From positions 2,070,001 through 2,102,000 of the forward strand of contig NZ_CP021983.2 of assembly GCF_002075285.3 (NCBI RefSeq): a stretch of 32,000 nucleotides of DNA, written 5' to 3'. The notes below the pieces were generated by a model. The model had not been told where the DNA came from and did no database searches. It saw only the letters and a list, made by a program, of their open reading frames with translations. Source of the stretch: Halomicronema hongdechloris C2206 (GTDB lineage: Bacteria; Cyanobacteriota; Cyanobacteriia; Phormidesmidales; Phormidesmidaceae). Shown in pieces: positions 23,601 through 29,376 of this stretch (position 1 is its first letter; the number at the start of each line of letters is the position of its first letter). A program made the translations under genes and the position numbers.

Positions 23601-25411
23601 TCAACGTTAGATTGGTCTCCTGATTCCTGATTCCTGACTCCTGGCTCCTCATCTGGATAGAGAACTTGTCGTAGATCTAAACCGAGATGAGGTTTAAGCA
23701 ATTCGCAACAGCGATCGACTTGCTCAGTAAATGCCAGCTCGGTATGGTAGAGTTCCCGCGCCATATTGACATACTGGGTTCCCTGTCCCGGAAACATGAA
23801 CACAAGGGAACGATGACCGAGTTCTTGATAATGAGACAAAACTTGTTGAGAATCAGGCGAGCTTAGGGCTTGTGTGGCGTCATTTGAGTTTTGACAAATT
23901 ACCATGCGGCGATGCTCAAATCCTCGGCGCCCCACTTGCAGGGTATAGGCTACATCGGCAAGGTTACAATCAGGATGGTGCTGAAGGTAATTTACTAAGT
24001 TAACTGTAGCAGTGTCTAAAGCGGTACTGGTTTTGGCAGAGAGGAATAATAACTGCCAGGGACGAGAAGAGTCAGAAACTTCGATGGGAGGCGCTTCTTC
24101 CAGAATTACATGGGCATTAGTGCCACCAATTCCAAACGAACTAACACCAGCGCGACGAGGGGTACCGTTTGTTTTCCATTCAGCAAGTTGGGTATTGACG
24201 TAGAAAGGACTGGTGGCGAAATCAATTTTAGGATTGGGTTTCTCAAAGTGTAGGCTAGGCGGAATTTGCTTGTGTTCAAGGGCAAGAACGGTTTTGATCA
24301 GACCCGCCACTCCTGCTGCTGCATCCAAATGTCCAATATTGGTTTTAACAGAACCGATCGCACAGAATTGCTTCTGTTGCGTTTTTACCCGAAAGGCTTG
24401 GGTCAGAGCAGCGATTTCAATTGGATCGCCAAGAGAGGTTCCCGTCCCGTGAGCTTCGACATAGGTGATGGTATCCGGCTCAACTTCTGCGATCGCTTGA
24501 GCTTTCCGAATAACCTTTGCCTGACTATCGATACGAGGGGCTGTATAGCTGACCTTGAAAGAACCGTCGTTGTTGGTGGCTGAGCCTTTGATTACAGCGT
24601 GGATTGTGTCTCCATCAGCAAGGGCGTTTTTTAGTCGCTTCAACACGACAATTCCTACACCACTGCCTCTTACCGTTCCTTGGGCTTTGGCATCAAAGGC
24701 ACGACAATGACCATCTGGAGAATTAATGCTACCTTCTTGATACAAGTAACCAGAGGATTCTGAAATGGAAACGCCTCCTGCCAATGCCAGATGGCATTCA
24801 CCACCAAGCAAGCTACGACAAGCCATATGAACGGCAACTAGTGAGGTGGAGCAGGCGGTTTGAATATCGACACTTGTGCCCTCCAGGTTCAGCTTATAGG
24901 ACACACGGGTCGTGAGAAAATCTTTGTCGTTGGAGATCACCAGTTGATAGGGATCGACAGAGGCTGCAAAGCTGCCTGCTGCATAACGCTTGAGCATGTA
25001 GCCGTTCAATCCTGTACCTGCATAAACTCCGATCGCTCCTCGATAGGTTTCAGCGTCATAGCCAGCCTGTTCAAGGGCTTCCCAGGCACACTCTAGAAAC
25101 AGTCGATGTTGTGGGTCTGTAATTTCTGCTTCTTTAGCACTGAAGCCGAAAAACGAGGCATCAAATAATTCGATGTTCTCTAAAACGCCTGCTGCTCTGA
25201 CATATTGAGGATGATCTAGCAACGCTGATTCAACTCCCAGAGCAATTAGTTCTTTATCATTAAAGAACGAAATTGATTCCACTCCATTTTTTTGGTTTTC
25301 CCAAAATTTTTCAATGGTATTTGCCTTGGGAAAGCGCCCACTCATGCCAATAATGGCTATTTCTAAGCCATTTGTCTGATTTTTCGTCACTAATGGGTTG
25401 ATTCTACTCAT
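20681..25411 (-). CDS. Type I PKS module KS-AT-KR-ACP
   Basis: KS motifs 'QTACSTSLVAVH', 'EAHGTGTSLGDPIE' and 'KTNIGHLDAAAG'. AT motifs 'GHSIGEYVAACLAG' and 'SHAFHS' (malonyl-type). KR motifs 'YLITGGLGGIGL' and '...VDYCAANAFLD', with no LDD motif seen. ACP motif 'LDLGGDSLLTVQV'. Confidence 0.9.
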   Translation of the reverse strand: MSRINPLVTKNQTNGLEIAIIGMSGRFPKANTIEKFWENQKNGVESISFFNDKELIALGVESALLDHPQYVRAAGVLENIELFDASFFGFSAKEAEITDPQHRLFLECAWEALEQAGYDAETYRGAIGVYAGTGLNGYMLKRYAAGSFAASVDPYQLVISNDKDFLTTRVSYKLNLEGTSVDIQTACSTSLVAVHMACRSLLGGECHLALAGGVSISESSGYLYQEGSINSPDGHCRAFDAKAQGTVRGSGVGIVVLKRLKNALADGDTIHAVIKGSATNNDGSFKVSYTAPRIDSQAKVIRKAQAIAEVEPDTITYVEAHGTGTSLGDPIEIAALTQAFRVKTQQKQFCAIGSVKTNIGHLDAAAGVAGLIKTVLALEHKQIPPSLHFEKPNPKIDFATSPFYVNTQLAEWKTNGTPRRAGVSSFGIGGTNAHVILEEAPPIEVSDSSRPWQLLFLSAKTSTALDTATVNLVNYLQHHPDCNLADVAYTLQVGRRGFEHRRMVICQNSNDATQALSSPDSQQVLSHYQELGHRSLVFMFPGQGTQYVNMARELYHTELAFTEQVDRCCELLKPHLGLDLRQVLYPDEEPGVRNQESGDQSNVELQAPNFEFSLNDTIYAQPALFVIEYAFAKLWMSWGVNPTAMIGHSIGEYVAACLAGVFSLEDALALVATRGRLMQQCPLGAMLAVQCSEQQIQPLLGAALSLAGSNAPSSCVVSGPTEAVEQLQQKLQEQNISCRRLHTSHAFHSEMMEPILQPFTQALQGVKLNPPTIPFISNLSGTWMTPSEAIDPHYWTQQLRQPVCFSAGIREVLTKPKQILLEVGPGRTLSTFAKQHQPDELVTLTSVRHLKEQKSDIAVLLTTLGRLWLMGVKVDWAVFYAHERRHRLPLPTYPFERQRYWIDLQKQPQRVAAPFKEKSKSRKLDIADWFYLPFWKPALPPVLLDQDELHQSSCILVFLDECGLGSQIVTNLQQQNHEIITVSIGSHFTQWNEKEYSLNPQQQEDYHVLFKALLKHNQFPTKIIHSWTVTSHNFPNLGFEQVNKLQDLGFYSLLFLAQALGKQAITDDVQITVISNQMQSVTGGEPLCPEKATVLGPVRVISREYPNLHCRSIDVEFPIPEHWQVENLAEQLLAELTTPSPDLVIAYRGRQRWVQAFEPVRFDRPPARTVRLKPGGVYLITGGLGGIGLTLAQHLAKTVQAKLILIGRSAFPPREAWQHWLTTHDEQDKISCKIQIILELEALGSEVQIISADVTQFEQMQAVVDQSCAQFGQINGVIHAAGVPGGGVIQRKTPDEVERILAPKVKGTRILEAVFKDIPLDFLVLCSSLTSIQGGFGQVDYCAANAFLDVFAHHHFLSSSHRSVFSINWDAWQEVGMAVDTTVPFNLQAWRAETLQQKILPQEGAEVFDRLLGRTIPQVVVSTCDFLTQIEQENAGEDSNFLETLEKVNLSKPTHPRPELNNPYVAPRNELEQTLAEIWQELLGVELVGIYDNFLDLGGDSLLTVQVRSKMRDRLHQDFPIADLFEYPTISALAEHLSQEIAKRPVFQHAQDRAKQKQVAIQNNQQRMKQRRKPNG

Positions 25412-25434
25412 TATTCTTTACATATGTGATTTGG

Positions 25435-28400
25435 TTATTCTTCTCTTTTTAATAGTTGATTAAGCAAATCTTTTTCCATGTTTATCTCCTTATCAATTTC
25501 TTTCATGGATTCGGAAGATGTCTCATCTTTTGTCTTGCTAAAATAATCTGCCAAGGAACTGATGGTTGGTAGCTTAAACATTTCTATTAACGAAATCTCC
25601 GATGAGAATAATTCACTAAGCTGACTATGGACCTGAACCATTAGTAAGGAATGACCACCAAGATCAAAGAAGTTATCGTGAATACCGATTTTTTCGACAT
25701 TAAGAACCTTTCGCCAAATCGCAGCTATAGCCTGTTCAGTCTCGGTTCTTGGTATGACATAGGCAACTTTTAATTCTGGTCTGCCAGTCTCTGGCATAGG
25801 CAGGGATCGCCGATCGACCTTGCCATTAGGGGTCAATGGCAGCGCTTCGAGTTCCATAATGGTTGCAGGCACCATGTACTCGGGCAGCTTGCCTCGCAGG
25901 AAGCGACGCAACTCTGTGGTTGACAGCGCCGCTTCTGGACGGGGTACCGCATAGCCCACCAGCTGCTGGTCTCCGTGGTCACTGGTGCGAGCAATGATTA
26001 CCGTTTGTGATACGGTCGGGTGCTGGGAGAGCACACTCTCAATCTCACCGATTTCAATGCGGAAGCCGCGTATCTTCACTTGGTGGTCGATTCGCCCCAG
26101 ATACTCGAGAATGCCATCTGCTCGATATCTGACCAGGTCCCCGGTCTTGTATAGCCTTGTCCCGGGCTCCACACTGAAGGGATTGGGGATAAAGCACTCG
26201 GCTGTCAACTCCGGCCGCTGGTAATAGCCTCGGGCTAGCTGAACACCACCAATGTGCAATTCACCTGGCACCCCAATGGGAGTGGGTTGTCCGGCTTTGT
26301 CCAATACATACACCTGAGTGTTGGCAATGGGACGGCCAATCGGGACACTATTTTCAACCTGATGAGGATCACAGGCCCAAGCCGTCACATCAATTGCAGC
26401 CTCAGTAGGACCATACAGGTTGTGCAAATTAGCCTCAAGACGTTTAAAGTAGTGCTGATGAAGCTTCAGTGGAAGCGCTTCGCCACTACAAATGACATGC
26501 CTCAGGCTTTTACAGTATGACTCTAGCTGCAGCTCTTCTAGAAAGACTTGCAGCATAGATGGCACAAAGTGCAGGACACTTACCTGTTCTTGAGCAATGA
26601 ACTTAGCCAAGTAATGACTATCTTGATGCCCACCGGGTTGAGCAACCGCTAAGGATGCCCCTGTCATCAGAGGCCAGAAAAACTCCCATACTGAGACATC
26701 AAAACTAAAGGGGGTCTTTTGTAGGACTCGGTCAGCTTGCGTCAGCTGATAGGTCTCTTGCATCCACTGCAAACGATTGCACACCCCTTGGTGAGTATTC
26801 ATCGCTCCTTTTGGCTGTCCCGTCGAGCCAGAGGTGTAGATAACGTAACTGAGATGAGAGCTTGCAGTAGGTCTCGAGGGATTGGTGGCATCTGATGTCG
26901 CTATTGCTGCCCAGTTAGCCTCCAAGCATAAGCATAGGGTGTGAGTCCCATTAGGCAAGACATCTACGAGAGCCATGTGGGTAAGCACAAGGGGTACTTG
27001 AGCATCCTGCACCATGAAGGCTAGACGCTCATGGGGATAGGTTGGATCCAGAGGCACATAAGCGCCCCCCGCTTTCAGCACCCCTAACAGCGCAATCACC
27101 ATCGCTACTGAGCGTTCGAGACAGACCCCCACCAAGGTTTCAGGTCCCACCCCCTGGCCCTGCAGGTAATGGGCCAGTTGATTGGCGCGACGATTCAACT
27201 CGTCATAGGTCAGGTGCTGCTGCTCAAACACCAGCGCCACTGCCTCCGGGGTACGCTCCACTTGCGCTTCAAATAACTCATGGAGACAAGCCTCTGGATA
27301 CTCAGCCTCCGTCTGATTCCACTCCACCAGAAGACGCTGCCGCTCAGCAGAGGTCAACAGGGGTAGGTCACTAACCCGCTGCTCCGGCTGCCTCACCACC
27401 GCCGTTAACACCTGCTGCAGATGCGTGATGAGACGTGCCATGGTCGCCGCGGCAAATAAGTCGGTGTTGTACTCTAGCTGCCCTTGCAACCCCGCCTCAC
27501 CCTCTTGCAGCGATAGAGTCAGGTCAAATTTGGCGCTTTCTGGAGCACTCTCGAGTACCTCCACCGCTACCCCTGGCAAGGCCAACGATTCCTGGGGCGC
27601 ATTCTGCAGGATAAACATCACCTGAAACAGGGGGGAATGACTCAATGCCCGCTCCGGCTGCAGCAGTTCCACCACCTGCTCAAAGGGCATATCCTGATGG
27701 GCATAGGCCCCTAAGGTCACCTCCCGTACCCGCTGCAATACCTCCACAAAGGAGGGCTGCCCCGCCAAGGATGTGCGCAACACTAAGGTATTGACGAAAA
27801 AGCCAATCAACCCTTCCACTTCCCTACGGGTGCGGTTGGCAATGGGAGAGCCCACCACGATGTCCGCTTGGCCGCTGTAGCGACTCAACACCACTTGAAA
27901 GGCAGCCAGCAGTGTCATAAACAGGGTGCAGTTCTGCTGCCGACTCAACTGCTTCAATCCCTGGGTTAACTCTGGGGTAATTCCAAAGGCTTGAGTCGCT
28001 CCCCGGAAGGTCTGCACCGCCGGACGAGGATGGTCCGTGGGTAACTCAAGCACTTCCGGGGCACCTGCTAACTGCTGCTGCCAGTACTGCCGCTGTTGCT
28101 CTAGCACCTCACCGTGGAGCCACTGCCGCTGCCAAGCCGCATAGTCTAGATACTGAACCGGTAGGGGGGATAAGGAAGGGGCATGACCTGTGACAATAGC
28201 CCCATAGAGCTGAGCCACTTCTCTGACTAAAATGCCCATTGACCAGCCATCGGAGACGATGTGGTGCATGGCAAACACCAGCACCTGCTCCTGCTGGGAA
28301 CATTGCAGCAGGACGACGCGAAGCAAGGGGGGCTGGTCGAGGGAAAAAGGCTGATGGGTGATGCTCCCAGTCAGCTGTTGGACCCCTTGCTCCTGCCCTT

Positions 28401-29376
28401 GGGCTGTTAGGTCTTGCAGGTCGATGACCGCCAGGGGCACCTCTACAGTGGGATGGAGATCTACGGCAGGATGGCCCTCTTGGCTGACAAACCCGAGGCG
28501 CAGGGCCTCATGACGCTGCAGGAGAATCTGGAGACTGGCCTGGAGGGCGTCAATGTCAAGGGAACCGTGTAGTCGCAGGGCACTCGACAGGTGATAGAAG
28601 GGACTTTCTGGTTCGAGTTGGGCCAAAAACCACAGCCGTTGTTGGGCAAAGGAGAGGGGTAAGGGGCCGCTGCGCTCGATAGTGGTTATGGGAGGACTGG
28701 TGAGGCCCTGTTCCTCATGGAGGGCAGCTTCAATGACAGGCGCTAACTCAGCAATGGTGGGATGCTCAAAGAGGCGACGCAGGGGCACCTCTACGGCAAA
28801 GGCGTGACGCACGTGCGACATCACCCGGGTTGCCAGCAGGGAATGGCCGCCTAACTCAAAGAAGTTGCTCTGGATGCTGACGGTCTCTAGCTTCAGCACG
28901 TCTGCCCAAATGCTCACGAGCATCGCTTCGATGGGGGTGCGAGCTGCAACCGTTGCTGAAGTGTCTAGGTGCTGATACTCGGGGGCTGGTAGGGCTTTGC
29001 GGTCGACTTTGCCATTGGGGGTGAGGGGCAATTCCTTCAGCAGAACCATGGCTGCAGGCACCATGTAGTCGGGAAGCTGCTCTTGCAGGTAACGCCGTAA
29101 CGCTGAGGGGGAGAGACTGGCAGTGGCAGGGACGACATAGCCCACTAACTGTGGCTCGCCTGAGGCATTCTGGTGAGCGACCACCACGGCTTGTGAGACA
29201 GATGAATGGCGCAGCAGCACCGTTTCAATTTCACCTAGTTCAATGCGGAAGCCCCGCAGCTTCACTTGATGGTCGAGGCGACCCAGGTATTCCAGGCTGC
29301 CATCGCGGCAATACTTGACTAAGTCCCCAGTCTTGTACAGACGGGCCCCAGGTGTGGGGCTAAAGGGATTGGGCAC
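25435..29376 (-). CDS. NRPS, distal part of a frameshift-split gene: (A7-A10 of module 1)-T-C-A(Ser-like)-T
   Basis: It begins mid-A-domain: 'PNPFSPTPGARLYKTGDLV' (A7), 'GRLDHQVKLRGFRIELGEIE' (A8) and 'NGKVDR' (A10). Next come T 'FFELGGHSLL' and LCL-type C ('LSFAQQRLWFL', 'MHHIVSDGWS'). A full A domain follows (A3 'YVIYTSGSTGQPKG', 'FDVSVWEFF', 'NLYGPTEAAIDVT'), then T 'FFDLGGHSLL'. The track's start codon is a GTG artefact. Confidence 0.9.
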   Translation of the reverse strand: MPNPFSPTPGARLYKTGDLVKYCRDGSLEYLGRLDHQVKLRGFRIELGEIETVLLRHSSVSQAVVVAHQNASGEPQLVGYVVPATASLSPSALRRYLQEQLPDYMVPAAMVLLKELPLTPNGKVDRKALPAPEYQHLDTSATVAARTPIEAMLVSIWADVLKLETVSIQSNFFELGGHSLLATRVMSHVRHAFAVEVPLRRLFEHPTIAELAPVIEAALHEEQGLTSPPITTIERSGPLPLSFAQQRLWFLAQLEPESPFYHLSSALRLHGSLDIDALQASLQILLQRHEALRLGFVSQEGHPAVDLHPTVEVPLAVIDLQDLTAQGQEQGVQQLTGSITHQPFSLDQPPLLRVVLLQCSQQEQVLVFAMHHIVSDGWSMGILVREVAQLYGAIVTGHAPSLSPLPVQYLDYAAWQRQWLHGEVLEQQRQYWQQQLAGAPEVLELPTDHPRPAVQTFRGATQAFGITPELTQGLKQLSRQQNCTLFMTLLAAFQVVLSRYSGQADIVVGSPIANRTRREVEGLIGFFVNTLVLRTSLAGQPSFVEVLQRVREVTLGAYAHQDMPFEQVVELLQPERALSHSPLFQVMFILQNAPQESLALPGVAVEVLESAPESAKFDLTLSLQEGEAGLQGQLEYNTDLFAAATMARLITHLQQVLTAVVRQPEQRVSDLPLLTSAERQRLLVEWNQTEAEYPEACLHELFEAQVERTPEAVALVFEQQHLTYDELNRRANQLAHYLQGQGVGPETLVGVCLERSVAMVIALLGVLKAGGAYVPLDPTYPHERLAFMVQDAQVPLVLTHMALVDVLPNGTHTLCLCLEANWAAIATSDATNPSRPTASSHLSYVIYTSGSTGQPKGAMNTHQGVCNRLQWMQETYQLTQADRVLQKTPFSFDVSVWEFFWPLMTGASLAVAQPGGHQDSHYLAKFIAQEQVSVLHFVPSMLQVFLEELQLESYCKSLRHVICSGEALPLKLHQHYFKRLEANLHNLYGPTEAAIDVTAWACDPHQVENSVPIGRPIANTQVYVLDKAGQPTPIGVPGELHIGGVQLARGYYQRPELTAECFIPNPFSVEPGTRLYKTGDLVRYRADGILEYLGRIDHQVKIRGFRIEIGEIESVLSQHPTVSQTVIIARTSDHGDQQLVGYAVPRPEAALSTTELRRFLRGKLPEYMVPATIMELEALPLTPNGKVDRRSLPMPETGRPELKVAYVIPRTETEQAIAAIWRKVLNVEKIGIHDNFFDLGGHSLLMVQVHSQLSELFSSEISLIEMFKLPTISSLADYFSKTKDETSSESMKEIDKEINMEKDLLNQLLKREE
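26218..26337. repeat. ~120-nt direct repeat, copy 1 (A5/A6 region of the module-2 A domain)
   Basis: Hand alignment with 29403-29522 shows about 13 mismatches in 120 nt. Both copies encode 'PIANTQ.YVLDKAGQPTPIGVPGELHIGG..LARGYYQRPELTAE'. Confidence 0.8.
27044..27320. repeat. 277-nt direct repeat, copy 1 (C-A linker to A2 motif of the module-2 A domain)
   Basis: Hand alignment with 30205-30481 has no gaps and about 20 mismatches (roughly 93% identity). Both copies encode 'WNQTEAEY..ACLHELFEAQVER.PEAVALVFEQQHLTYDELNRRANQLAHYLQGQGVGPETLVGVCLERSVAMVIALLGVLKAGGAYVPLDP'. Confidence 0.85.
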